Assembly: GCA_010093815.1 (NCBI GenBank) | Contig: ML996565.1 | DNA length: 64,000 bases | Source: Pseudovirgaria hyperparasitica | Taxonomy: Eukaryota | Direction: 5' to 3' (one strand) | Shown here: positions 39,785-53,656 of the stretch, piece after piece | How positions within the stretch are numbered: position 1 is the stretch's first letter | How the letters are laid out: the number at the start of each line of letters is the position of its first letter | The notes under the pieces: generated by a model | The model's input: the letters and a program-made list of their open reading frames with translations, nothing else | What the model was told of the DNA's origin: nothing | Database searches by the model: none | Made by a program: the position numbers and the translations under genes

Positions 39785-40555
39785 TCAACATACACCACCT
39801 CCACCACCTCCGCCCCCGTCTCCGCCCCCTCCGCCTCCACCTCCACCGTCTGCTCCACCCCCTCCTGATCCACCCCCATCCCCAGCCTGAATATTTTGAA
39901 TCAACCCCAATCCCTGATCCATGGTGTGGAGGCCTTGCTGCAACGTACGTCCACCCCCTTTCTTCACATAATTCTTATCCTTCGTCGCAAACAATGCATC
40001 ATACTCTATCCAGATACAACTGACGACCGTATACTCCGCAAGCCACGGTGTGCGGAGCGCCTCACGATGGAACTCCAACACGCTATTCACTCCCGTCACG
40101 AAGCGCGGCCGGAAGACCGCAATGACCGGAGGTGCAAGACTGAGGCCAGATGTGTCGAGGGAGGAGAGAGCCTGAAGGTGGAAACTGTTGTTCCAGCCCG
40201 CGGATACCCAACGGAGGATATGTGGTGGTCCAGAAGTACCATCGTTGAATTGAAACCCCAAGTTCGCGTCTAGGAGCCCACCGTTAATTGTGATAGGGGC
40301 TGCTCCATGCTGCAATCCCGTCACCGTCGTGTCGGATGGATCGTGGCCCCAATTGATCTCCGCGAAAACGGCTTTGTCTGCAATACGGATGATACTGAGA
40401 GGATAGTTCTTGAGCTTGTTTGAGAGCTTGGAGTGTTCGTCGCCATGGTTGTGGAATGTGAAATGAGGGCCGGATGGGGAGAGAAGTGTACCCGTGTGAT
40501 CGAAGCGCGGCTGAGAGAATGTGAAGGGGACTGTGCGAGGGGTCTGCCACTTCAT
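39785..40555 (-). CDS. Hypothetical protein with poly-Gly C-terminal tail
   Basis: Intronless 256-aa ORF with ATG start, ending GDGGGSGGGGADGGGGGGGGGDGGGGGGGGVC*. Confidence 0.55.
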   Translation of the reverse strand: MKWQTPRTVPFTFSQPRFDHTGTLLSPSGPHFTFHNHGDEHSKLSNKLKNYPLSIIRIADKAVFAEINWGHDPSDTTVTGLQHGAAPITINGGLLDANLGFQFNDGTSGPPHILRWVSAGWNNSFHLQALSSLDTSGLSLAPPVIAVFRPRFVTGVNSVLEFHREALRTPWLAEYTVVSCIWIEYDALFATKDKNYVKKGGGRTLQQGLHTMDQGLGLIQNIQAGDGGGSGGGGADGGGGGGGGGDGGGGGGGGVC

Positions 40556-41356
40556 GAGGGTTGTTCGTGCTCGAGGACGGATAAGTCGGGTAGATTACGA
40601 AGGTGTTATGTAGGAGCAGGCCAACGGTCTTCACACTGATGATCTTTCAGTTTGCCTGTTAAGGCTAGCGCGCGCCACTGACGTAGGTCTGGTATTGTAA
40701 ATTCAATAAGTCCATCACAGATCTAGCATGTATACTGATGATATAGGCCATGTGAAAAATTCATCATCATAATCTTTGCTATCGTGAGCAGTCGGGATGA
40801 TTAACTTGACACGAACCTGATTAGCCTGCGATACTAACGATGTACAAGGTACGAATTGAAGGTGCCATCTTCTCTGTTGTTTCAGGCGCTGTCTCGCTCC
40901 TCAATTTGCTTACGAATGTCGACAGGAATAATATGCATATCGTCATCATCTAGTCTAATGAACTTTCCGGAGTTGATACTAATGGTGTACCCATCGCAGT
41001 GGGACTCTGTTAAATCTTGCTGCTTTGTGAGGAGGCTAGTGATCTCGTCTGACGAGGAATCTGTTGCTACGACATTGACCCATGTTATACTCTGCGAGGT
41101 ACACGCAAATAGTAGTAATTCTGTTGGTGGATCGTTTTGTTCAGGATAGTCGTATATACTAAGCGTATAGTTCTTAGAGCAAAGCGTTGTCGTTTCTTGA
41201 CCTCTGCAGGCTCATTAATCGTTGATTTTTATCCTAGCGTGACGGTGGTTTCGCGGCCTCGATGGAAATATCTGATGGAAGAGCACGGATGAAGAATGCC
41301 AATGGCACACCGCCCCAGTCTCGTACGATGCCGAGTAAGAGGAATGAACTAGAGAC

Positions 41357-42293
41357 TTATATGGAACAGGGGTCGTGCAGTTGTGGCGAGTCTCGGGAGA
41401 TCCTGCGGAATTGTCGACTATGGCGGCAGTACTGCTGAGTATCGCCCGAAAAGTACGACACAAACGCAATCAAGTTTGTAAGGTCATTACATTCTCGAAA
41501 TGCCAGTACTATACGTTGCGAAGGTAGAATCCATCCACCCATGCCTCCGACTGCCACCGACGTTGCTACGACAAAGGTCTTCAGCAAGATTCTCTGCTTA
41601 TCTGAGCTGTGTGGATGCATGGCTGGTGAGAGCTCATCAGAAATGATGTCTCCGCTTTCGGCAAATAATGTAGGGGTGTTCGCGAGGAACGAAGGTACCA
41701 TGGCCTGGGAAGGTTCTGTAATCGGAGTCCTGGAGGATAACCCCCAAGTAAATATGCTGTGGTCATTGCTAACAAGCATGATTTCTTCCTGGAGTCTGAT
41801 GAAAGCTTGGTCTCCTTCGCCATACAAGAGTGGCATCTGGATCTGGAAGATACCCATGAGGCTGTAAGCCCTATCCTCGATACGCGAAATTTTCCTGTGT
41901 GCAGCCCACGACATTCTCTGGGCAATACTTCTCTTGCCTGACGCGACCTCCATAGTGGTAATGAGCTCTCGATGAATTAATAGAGACTTGTCGGTTCCTG
42001 TTACTTGCTTGGTCTGAACCTGTAGAGTGGATCTCATTCCGAGTTCGACCCAGCCGCTAGAATAGAATACTATAGCTGGCGGCGCCAGAAGCTCTTGTAG
42101 AGTCCATACACGAGTGAACCAACGACTGCCTCGGAATGCGGTCCATAACGCACTATGGTCAGAGTCTGGTCTGTTCAGATCTTCTGGGTCCCGGAGCATC
42201 GGACAAAAATGTATAGCATATCTTGCTCTTCTTATATCAGTTCCACCTGGAGTTTATAGCCTCAGAAAGCTCTGCACTACTCTTCTTGTCGAT
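41357..42293 (-). pseudogene. HET-domain (heterokaryon incompatibility) protein, truncated and disrupted
   Basis: IDKKSSAELSEAINSRWN*YKKSKICYTFLSD (stop at 42237-42239), then a frameshift into SRWFTRVWTLQELLAP...SIAQRMSWAAHR...EDRAYSLMGIF...MPLLYGEGDQAFIRLQEEI...DHSIFTW. N-terminus missing. Confidence 0.85.
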
Positions 42294-42559
42294 AAAAACT
42301 CACCATACACCTGCGACAACATCGACTTTTTTCAACCACTTACATTACCTGTAGTTCTACTGCTTAGCTTACTTTACAATATTCGAAACTACTTACTTTT
42401 ACATTCTTTGTTGGACGCACATCCTTGTGATCAGACTGCTCAGGCTCAGGGTTCCGAAAATGAACCCCTCCTGCCTCCCCCGCTCATGCCAGAGAAGTAA
42501 AAATAATTCGCTAGCAATGCATGAGTACGTCTCCTTGCTGTAGCTTTAAAATGACTGCC

Positions 42560-42871
42560 TTTCCACTTAAATATTCTGCGTTCGTTGTACCATTTCCTCT
42601 TGTATGCCTTAGTTGTCTCATTGTTGCGCGCGCTATACAAGATGATACATTTGAAGCTGGCCAAACAGATGCGGACGAGTCCTTGAGTAAGCCAGCGCTC
42701 CGCGATGTCGACTGTATTAAGTCACCATGGAAGGACGAGAAGTTGGACGACTTTATTTTCCAGCTCTCGTATCGAAGATTCAACGAGATGTGGCACAAAG
42801 TATGCATCGCGGCCGGCTTACAAGAAGTGCCCCGTCTTGATTCGCTCCAATTTGATGCAGGTGCAAGGTAG
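42560..42871 (+). pseudogene. Fragment resembling a DUF3435 tyrosine recombinase (Starship captain-like)
   Basis: CLSCLIVARAIQDDTFE...PWKDEKLDDFIF.LSYRRFNEMWHKVCIAAGLQEVPRLDSLQFDAGAR follows the remembered DUF3435 pattern (A.D.AF / WK.E.LD..IF / Y..F / AG....PY..R.GAG). Recognised by eye only. Confidence 0.55.
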
Positions 42872-42988
42872 GTAGGTTCTAGCCAAACGACGAATCCACT
42901 AACTCCATACAAACTGTCACGGCTTCCCTCAGCACACGCGCTCTATTGTCTATCGAGCGTCCCCCTGCACCTTCATCCTAGTGCCATT

Positions 42989-44538
42989 ATGGACTTTGAC
43001 GAACGTTACGATATTCTCCATGAAGTTCAGAAAGATCGCTGGGTCAGCGAGGTCGCTGCGATGCGTGAGAGGGGAGAACTGGCCCGTTGGGTTTCGACGT
43101 ACCATAAATACCGGCTGCCCTGCGCCACGGATGGCACCGTCAAGTTCATCAATGGCGGCTACAACCTTAGCCAGAAACTGAACTTCACCAACGGGGACAT
43201 CTGGCTCGTCCGCTTCGCCCAGAAGGGCGTCGTCTGCGATTACCTGGCGGATGAGAAGGTTGCTATGGAGGTGGAGGCGCTCATGCGCATTCGTCAAGAG
43301 ACTGACGTCCCCGTACCCAAGGTTCACGGCTGGGGTACTGCCGCCGACAACCCTCTTGGCCTCGGCCCGTTCATTATTATGGACTTCATAGAGGGCGTCA
43401 GTCTGGAAAGCTTGTGGAAGGAGAGGCCCGAGAAGAGGCTTATACGAAGCGACATCGCCGAAGCCGACATCGAGTACATCTACCGGCAGTTCGCCCGAAT
43501 CCAGCTCATGTTGTTTCAACTCAACTTTGAGCGCATCGGCAGCCTCCCGACACCACTCACCAATTTCGTAGCGCCGATACGCCCGCTCACCTTTAAAATC
43601 CATGATATCCTTCAGATGGGTGGAGTCAACACGTTCGGTAGGTCAATGCCTTCGTCGTAGACCTGGCAATTGATAAATTGACGCTCTGTCTAGGGAAACG
43701 AAGCGAAGGCTTCGAGTCTACTAATGACTTCTTCGACCACGTGTGCATGCAGGACTGGGAACAGCTCTCCCAGCAAGCCAACTCAGTCTGTGGCCTGTGG
43801 GACGCCAAGAACAAGCTTGCCTCCTTCAACGCTCTGCGCACCATAGTGCGCGACTTTGTCCACCCGGACACCGCAAAGGGCCCCTTCAAGCTCGTCTCAG
43901 AGGACTTCGGGCTCTCGAACATACTCGTCAGAACCGAGGACGATTTGACTATTGTGGGCGTTGTCGACCTTGAGTGGTCCTACGCCGGCCCTGCCCAGCT
44001 GGCCGCCTCGCCGTGGTGGTTACTTAACTCTCGGCTGAACCTCTATGACCTTGAGTTTGAGGCAGAGGCAGGAGCATCTGCTGTGATCCTCGATCGATAT
44101 CTCAAGCACCTAGAGATCTACAAACGTGTGCTTGGGGAAGAGGAGGAGCGCATGTCTGACATCCATGACAAGGAAATGTCTTCGCTGATCGAATGGTCTG
44201 AGAGCTCGGGCGCTCTATGGTTCCATATGCTACTCCACTCGGGTTTCAACTACGTGAGTAGCATTCCGTTTGCCCAGGTGAGGAAGCATATTGGAGACAG
44301 GAGGTGGGATAAGCTCAAGAGTACCTTTCCCTTCGACTCCCTCGAGGTCCTCGCAACGAGTAAAGCCCAACAGACGGAAGAATATGAAAGATCTCTGGAA
44401 CAGGTGGAAGATCTCAAGACCAAGGTGGACGCCAACGAGATGGACATGGACGAATTTATTGCGACAGCAAGCACCCTTCTTGTCACGAGAGTTGCGTGCC
44501 CAGTGGCAGATCGAATATCAGTCAGCGGTCAAGCATGA
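42989..44538 (+). CDS. Aminoglycoside-phosphotransferase (APH)/kinase-like protein
   Basis: GGYN, WLVRF, EKVAMEV, VPVPKVHGWG, LGPFIIMDFIEG, EDFGLSNILV, GVVDLEWSYAGP; one intron about 43638-43693; GC-rich codons. Confidence 0.85.
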
Positions 44539-44949
44539 ATCGCATTCCTTGAAGAAGCTTACCTACGTGCCAGAAACCCGTAAAGTTTATGACTATCTCT
44601 TCGAACACATTGGTGATCTCCGAGCCCTTACTACATACCGTCCAGGGTAAATCAAGCGCGGTGTGTAGTATTGCATTGGAAAGAAGAGATTCGTGGAAGC
44701 TTCAATGTCTACAGCCCTGTTGCCGTGACAAGACAGGGTAGACAGCCAAATACGACAGTGCGCATTAAACTGTTGGCATTGTAATGTTCCTCGTTGTGAA
44801 GGTTCGTTGCTTTGAAACTCTATTCATGCATGTTACGAGCTGCGCCTGGAGACACGCGTCACATCAGGCGCTCGAGCTGTCAATCTCAACCTGGCGCGTT
44901 GAAAAGAGTATCGCGCGGCAAAGGCGGATTCTCAAACAGAGAGTGCCGT

Positions 44950-45205
44950 AGTACTAAAGTAAGCTTAGACTGCTACTCTTATATAATATATTACTAAAAT
45001 AGTTCAGTATTAAAGAGATTTTATATATATATATGTATCTCTTATATTATAATATTAGACTCTATTAATTATCTTTAATAACTTATAGAGGCTTATATAA
45101 TTTAGAAAAGAGATAATATAGAATTTTTATTATAGTACTACTAGTAGACTAGGATATATAATTAGTAGGTAGATAGATTAGATATAGTAGACTTATTGAT
45201 TAAAT
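44950..45205. repeat. AT-rich RIP-like patch (decayed repeat)
   Basis: Abrupt AT-rich, TpA-rich, CpA/TpG-poor segment with no ORF and no clear termini. Confidence 0.6.
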
Positions 45206-45423
45206 TTGCCCATGTAAAATATACTAGTCCCGATATTAGCTTACTAGTACGATCAGCTGACCCGTGGATGGATTACGTCAGTCAAATTTCCAGACACAGG
45301 GCGGTCATTTCCTTAATCACGACTTAGCCCTATCAAGAGACCCACGAGGTTTCACCAGCTAGTTGATTACCTGCACCCATTTTTCCTGTTTTGGTCTTCT
45401 TTCCCATCTTCATCACAAAGACC

Positions 45424-46744
45424 ATGAGACCTCATATTGCGTATCTTCTTGCACCTTTCCCGCTGTCTTTGGTAGAAGCAAACTCTCGGTTCAAAACACG
45501 AATCATCACCGGCCGTAGAAGGGTCGAAGACGAAGATGATGAGTTGCAGCTTCAGCGCTTTTCCAAAATCCTGCTTAATGTAGACAAAGGTCGAGAAGCA
45601 ACTATGACTAGTAAAGAACTTTCTCTAAAATAAAACAACATTTGTAGCTGCAACTTTCGACACTCTGCATGCAGACCTCCCGTTCAGATGGAGAGAGGCA
45701 GAGCCATACGATATAGTCAACCCTTTTGGCGACTTCCGAGAAATTGATTTCAAAGCCCTCTGGACCTTCGACTTCCAAAACGATGTGCTAATTTATATTA
45801 ATCGCCACCATCGCGCCCGTATACCACTCGGCGTTCTTCGAAGTAGTCCAGTCACTCTAGGCGATATGGAATCGCTCGGGCCGCCCGTACCTTCACTTCT
45901 ACATCCGACATTGGAACCATCAGTAGTGCCGTGTTGGAAGCCTCAAGTTCAAGTCGATAAAAGAAATCGCGCATTCATTCATCGCATTCTTCGCGATTTT
46001 GATGTCCAATGGCGGCATATTCTTCGTAACGACTATAACAGTATAACTCTGCGAGTTCTTGCACGAGGCATTATTCGGCTTTCAACTCTAGATTTCGAAA
46101 TTCGCGAAGAAACCGGTTTGCGACATGGTGTAGGGGGCGAGTGGGTTTATATCACTGAATTGCCCGCGTGGACGCCATTCGAGACAGATATTGTACCAAT
46201 AGGAGACGTTCACCTAATTGTTTGCCATTCAATACAGAACGGACTTTCCAAAGCTAAGGAACACATTGCCTCTCAGCAATCCGTAGCCGTTATTGGGACA
46301 GACTATACACACAAGCGACCAGAGTACATTATCTTGTCAGTTAAGCATATCGTACTATGTCGCGCCATAGGCCCGTATGAACTTGAGCACACTGCTCCAC
46401 AGTCGTTGTTTAATGGCAATCCCGACGTCGCTCCTCCATCGGAACTGGCTCTAGATTACCTTCTCTGGGCTCTGACTCCAGCTATCAGTTTTATCAACAC
46501 GCCCCTTCTAGCGTTGCCGGTTGAGATCCAGGACATTATATTAGGTTATGCTGCTGTAGGACCAGTAGCCGCCGCCAGGGTTGGCTGCATACTCAGTCTA
46601 GGAACGCCATATTTGTGGAAACATGGCCCTTTAGATATCAAATTGGAGGATATACGTATGAATCGTAACCCGTGGTCGCCTGTCGAATCTCAAGTCTGGT
46701 TTTCTGAGAGCGAAGTCGGTATAGTATACAGAGGCAGAGCGTAG
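45424..46744 (+). CDS. Fungal hypothetical protein (C-terminal LPVEIQDIIL F-box-like motif); 5' structure uncertain
   Basis: ORF 45785-46744 is open upstream to about 45648 (ATFDTLHADLPFRWRE...). A short upstream ORF from ATG 45424 may be exon 1. Confidence 0.55.
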
Positions 46745-47329
46745 ACAGGCTATTTTTAGACAGCGTTTTCGGGAAAGCAGAAATGATCAGATGAAACGCA
46801 GCCAACCCGTAGTATTTCTCCTTATAAGTTAGCGGACTGACTAGAAGTGGAACAAATAATACACTTCCGAGCATCTGGGGATACCTTGTGTAGCGGGAAA
46901 AATTAGTGCCATAAGTTCAGTAGTCCTTCGCTGCCGTACTACAAGCCAGGAATAGTCACTATCCTCGTTCAGACATCTTTTCCACTTCTCCTTAACATTA
47001 TCAATGTCTTGCTGGAAAGACTTCTCTATCGCGGACCTCGAGGGCAGATCCTAGTCCGGCATAAACGATAGGCGCTAATCGCTCTCCATAAATGCCAATG
47101 GAGCTGTTGTTTGATCAGGCTATCTATACTGGTCTCAACATGTATCAGTGCCGGATACTTCCGGATCTTCGCTGGCTAGGTAGATCATAGTCGTCATCGC
47201 CGTCAATAACATCACAACGCATGGGGAGATTTCTCGAACAAGCTTCTAGATCGTGATCTTTCCACCTTCATGAATGTTTGACCTAGGACTCTGCTTGTCT
47301 GTCTATCTGTATGCTAGGTCTATTTTCAA

Positions 47330-48729
47330 TTAGGCGTTTTTAGTCTCATTACCATCTGCTATGTCCTTCGTTGTGGGCATTGGTATTGGGCCACCCGGTG
47401 AGTCTGGTAGACGAGCAGTCAAAACTTCTACACCTGTCTCCGTGACGAGTAGAGTGTCCTCTTTGGGTTGTCAGCACTATGCTTAGCAGTTGATTCAAAT
47501 GCTACATACCGAATTGAGCAGCGAATTTGCCATCAACTGTAACGTTCGTCCAATTATCTGGCCAGTACACTTCCTTGGGTCTCCCCAGAGTGAGGATGGG
47601 CTCAATCGTAAAGGTCATGCCGGGTTTACAAGTTCCAACTGCCCTGTTCTTGGCGTAATGTGGAATCCATGGAGGGGGATGGAATTCAGTATTGATTCCA
47701 TGACCACCCCACGTCGCCATGACACTACAACCGCGCGATTTCGCATGCTTCTCGATGACGGGACCAAAGTCTCGGATTGGACAGCCTGGTTTCACCAGCT
47801 CGATGGCCTTTTGCAGACATTCCCTGGTCGTCTCGATCACGCGAACGGCGTCTGGGTTAGCCTTGGCTTTGTCACCGACATAGTACGTCTCATTCAGATC
47901 AGAGTGGTATCCACCATGATATAATGAGATATCAAGATTTATGATGTCACCATCCTCAAGTTTCCGGTGATCGGGTATTCCGTGGCATACTACTTCATTC
48001 GGAGAAGTACATAGGGACTTGGGGAAGCGGTTGTAATTTAGAGGTGAAGGGTAAGCCTATAGAGTTCATGTCAGAAGGTTAGCCATGTTCGTATGGTAAT
48101 AACACATACTTCTCGCTCCACGCAGGCGTTGTGGCAGATCTCGTCAAGGTAATCTGTTGTTACGCCTGGCTTGATCGCGGCAGCAGTAATGTCCAAGACT
48201 TCTCGACCAAGTTTTGAAACTTTTCGCATTGCTTCTTGACCTTTTGCGTCCAGGAGTTCAATTTTTGTTCTGTTCAGACGCCTCTCGGCTTTAGGAATGC
48301 CCGTCTCCGACCAGTCTGGGTGTGGTATGGTCTTCGGGACCTCGCGTTTTGCTGAAAGTGGGTAGACGGGGCGAACAGATCCGGTATAAGGATATGCTGG
48401 AAAAGGGTTCACGAAGCCTGTCACGGGGTCGGGCTCAGACACAACCCTTGGGGTAATGAGTTTGGAGAAGATACCATTTTGTAATTTGCCTTGCGCTGTC
48501 TTGTGCATAACCTTGTGTGTAGCCTGAGTGGAGTAGCGGCCATGATCAGTATGGGTTGCGTGTGTAGGGATGCAGAAATACCAACCCAGTTCCTCTTGAA
48601 GCAGTCCTGTGAGCAGAAGTAGCTGTCCTTTGTTCCCAATTTTAGGCAGCTCGGGCACTGGAGATCTCCAGCGTCATTCTCGCAGTCAGTCCCTAGACAC
48701 CGTCGCTTCGCGGGTGGTGGATCAGTCAT
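47330..48729 (-). CDS. Methionine aminopeptidase type 1 (atypical paralogue)
   Basis: N-terminal zinc finger (CLGTDC...LQCPSC...FCSQDCFKRNW), YPSPLNY, NEVVCHGIPD, INLDIS, HSDLNET, WGGHGINTEFHPPPWIPHY, FTIEP, AQFEDTLLVT; three introns. Confidence 0.93.
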
Positions 48730-49020
48730 GGTCGTAGGTCGCGCACACTTATCACGAAAGGAAGCGCTTGTAGATGGATGGTGTTTTGGTGTGATATAGA
48801 CGGCAAAAAGTAACACAGGCGTTGTAAGAAGAGCCCCACAGAGACACTAGTTATTTATTCATTGCGACGGGAACGGCGCATCGGCCGCTTAACCGTAAGT
48901 GGATTAGCCCACGTGGTGGGCCCCACAGGGTCTAATGAAGCACAGTACTCTAAACATAGGTCATAATCCGTGCTTCACTTCAACATATCGTAACCAAACA
49001 AGAGCACGACAGTCGTCAAC

Positions 49021-50533
<1,513 letters not shown>

Positions 50534-50793
50534 TCCAGTCATCTGCTCTCGTGTACAGGTGGAACTAATGCACGATCTGAGCCCATGGTGGAGGGGATGG
50601 TTGCAATTCATGTGACGTGCTGTAAATGCTTTGCAGGACCTTCGTTTGAACCATAGACACTACTTTCGACCAAACCGGATAAATCTTAAAATACATAGTG
50701 TTGTTCGGAGACTGTTCGCTGCCTCCATCGCTACCGTGATTCCCTATGCCTAATATCATACTACAGGAATCATATGATGTGATGCCTAAACCA

Positions 50794-53006
50794 TCATCTC
50801 CTTGAGCCCCTGCTTCTTGACCGCGACCGCGACCTATCTCTGCGTCTGCTATCTCGATCCTGATCCCGATCCCTATCCCTATCGCGATCTCTCTCCTTAT
50901 CCTTATCGTCGCGATCCCTCTCCTTATCCCTATCGCCACGAGTCTTATCTCGCTCCCTATCTCGCTCTCGTTCGGGATAAGTTTTCAGCTCCTTGACTCG
51001 CGCACTCGTACTAGGCATATACCGGTCAATTTCTCCTGCACCTCGATCGCGGTCTCTATCGCGACGATTGTCGCGTCGATCATCACGGCGGTAGTCTCGC
51101 GTGTCTCTGCTGCTGCGATAGTCCCTATCGCGATCTCTGTCTCTGTCACGGTCACGATCGCGGTCACGGTCACGGTCGCGGTCACGGTCGCGGTCGCGGT
51201 CATAGTCCCGGTCTCGGTCGCGATCTCTATCCCTCTCGCGATCTCTGCGTTCACTTCTGTCATGATCCCTATCCTTAGGCTTTTCTGAATCGCGATCTTT
51301 GATCTCGCCGTCATCTCGCTCGTCGCGACTTCGATCAGATTTCTTGCGGCCCATAGAGCCAGGAACGTAGCGGTCAATGTCCTTGGGACTGCGTGAGCGA
51401 GAGCGGCGGCGACGAGGTGCCGAGGATGTGGAGCGGTCGCGATAGCTACGACGTCGGTCTGGGGAGCGGCTTCGGCGGGAGTCTCGATCGTATTTGGAAG
51501 AGCGTCGGTCGCGATCTTTATCATACCTGCTGTGGGATCTATCATAGTCGTCGCGGTATCGTGAGGATCTTCGGTCGCGGTATTTTTCCTCGTTACAATC
51601 GTCGTCCCGACTGGCGCGGATCGCTTCAGGGGAGTCCTTGCGCGGGTCGCGACTGTGAGAACGAATCGATATTTTCTCTTGCACTTCTGTATCAGACTTG
51701 ATTATCTCTGGCCCCGGAAGTCCATCTCTGAGGTCCAGAGGTTTTGGTGTAGCGGGCGATTCGGTGGTGTTCTTAAGTTCAATCTTGATGCCTGGCTTGA
51801 CGCTTTTGCTGATCGAAGAATTAACGTTGACATCCAACTTCGCCAGTCTAGCGGCAGCTGGATCTACAGGCTTGATGGATTTGGGTACTAGAGACTTCCT
51901 CGTGGGTGGCTGGATCACGATCGGTTCGAGGTCTTCATCTTTCTCGAAGGTTGGTCGTTGTCTTGACTTTTTGATCTCTTCGCCTTCCTTCAGCAATGCT
52001 TGTAGCGCTAAGTCTTCCATGCTTGACTCCTCCGGTGGATGAGAGTTCAAACTAGCTGCAAGACTAGCCCGTCTTCTATCTTTGACAGGCGTACCGACTT
52101 CCACAGACTCATCCCTGCTGCGGTCGTCTCGTCGTCTGCGGTCTCGGCGCTCACGGTCGTCGCGGCTTCGATCTCTTGAGTAGTCTCGCTCCCGTGATCT
52201 ATCGTAGTATCTCTTACGGTCCTCACGCTCACGCTCCCTTTCTCGCTCACGATCTCGTTCTCTCTCACGCTCCCTTTCTCGCTCTCGTCGATATTTCTCT
52301 TCGCGCTCGAGACGTTCTCTTTCTCGCTCTTCCTCTTCTTCCTCTCTACGACGTCTACGCTTATCTTCCTCCTGCTTCTGTTTCCTCTCAGCCTCGCGCT
52401 CTTTCTCAAGCTCGGCTTCGCGAATCGCAGCACGTTCCCGGCGTCGCTCTTCGACTTCTCGGTGGTAATCATCGTCGGTTTTGCTTCCCTTCTCTGCTTC
52501 GGCAGCCGCGACATCTGAGCCTACTTCGTTGGCACGGATGTCGCGCAACTTCGGAATCGCAATCGATCCAAGTAGATCATCGATAAAACCATCTACGGCG
52601 ACCATGGCAGCTGTATACGTGTCTCCACGCTCAGCAGCTCCAGCAATCAGAGGTGCAGTCATTCTTGGTTCCTTGGCGAGTAGATTAGGGTTCGCTTCGA
52701 GCTCTTGATCAGCTATTTCTTGGAGGGATGTGGTAAGGGCGGAGCGCGCATCCTGTGAAAGCTGTCAGTAAAGCTGAGACACGGCACTGGACAAATTTCG
52801 GTATGTACATCTTTAGTAAATCGTGCGTAGACAGTCTTGCGTAGGTCGTCGAAGCCACCCTTCTTCTTGAATCTGTGCAGGAGCTCATCAATGGCATTCC
52901 TCTTCTCGGGCGTGAGAGGCAAGTCCGAGATCTTCAATTTTTTGCGTGTGGCCATGCCATCACCATCGTTATCGTCCAGTGAGCGCTTGTGCTCAACCAC
53001 AGACAT
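50794..53006 (-). CDS. BOD1/Shg1-domain protein with long RD/RS-rich C-terminus
   Basis: N-terminal FKKKGGFDDLRK and APLIAGAAERG are typical of the COMPASS Shg1/BOD1 domain; one intron; extensive RE/RD/RS low-complexity tail. Confidence 0.75.
51120..51245. repeat. Hexamer tandem repeats (CGGTCA/CGGTCG) encoding (DR)n
   Basis: Directly visible; encodes DRDRDRDR in ORF 50794-52662. Confidence 0.85.
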
Positions 53007-53304
53007 GACTTTCTGTAAACCTTTCTAAATCTAAGTCGTATGGGATATGGACATGGAGAGTGAGTGTCGTGCTCTTGTCAACGGGTGATCCCGAAGTGTT
53101 GCCGACACGCCAGAACTAATTACCAGAACGACCACTCAGGCTCTCCGCATCTGAACCTCCCGTCAAGCTATCAGGTCAGACCTACACCTCATTCCCGTTC
53201 ACGATTCATTTGACAGGTACATGAGCGCGTTTTTTTCGATAGCTCGGCAAATCAATTAGAGTCCTACAATCTTTCACACTGGGCGGTGGCAGGAATAGCT
53301 CATA

Positions 53305-53656
53305 ATGGTGTCAAAGATCCTCTTCTGGAGCGGCTTCGGTACGTTGTATGGACATGCGTGACTGCAAGCTTCTACGATTCAACGCAATCTCAGCTACATC
53401 TACTGACCAAAGCACAGGTGTGGCTGTGAGGATGTGGCAGCTCGGCATCCAAATGGTCCCAATTGTTCCAAGGACTGCCGGGCAATGGGGAATGTACCCT
53501 GTCTTTGCAGGCATCGGCGGCGCCTTTGGGTACTGGCTCACAGGCGTGGAAGGCCACCAAAAGAAGTTCTTGCTTGATCGACGAGATGCCTTACTAGAGA
53601 AGAGAAGAAGAGTTGCGGAACGAGAGGCACAGGCTAAAGATGGTGCGAGTTCCTGA
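53305..53656 (+). CDS. NADH:ubiquinone oxidoreductase accessory subunit (B14.5b/NDUFC2-like)
   Basis: Spliced MVSKILFWSGFG|VAVRMWQLGIQM...YPVFAGIGGAFGYWL...LLEKRRR. Confidence 0.8.

Noticed and set aside
42950..43603. 217-aa ORF antisense to the APH-like kinase
   Set aside because: Shadow ORF expected from GC-rich codon bias on the opposite strand.
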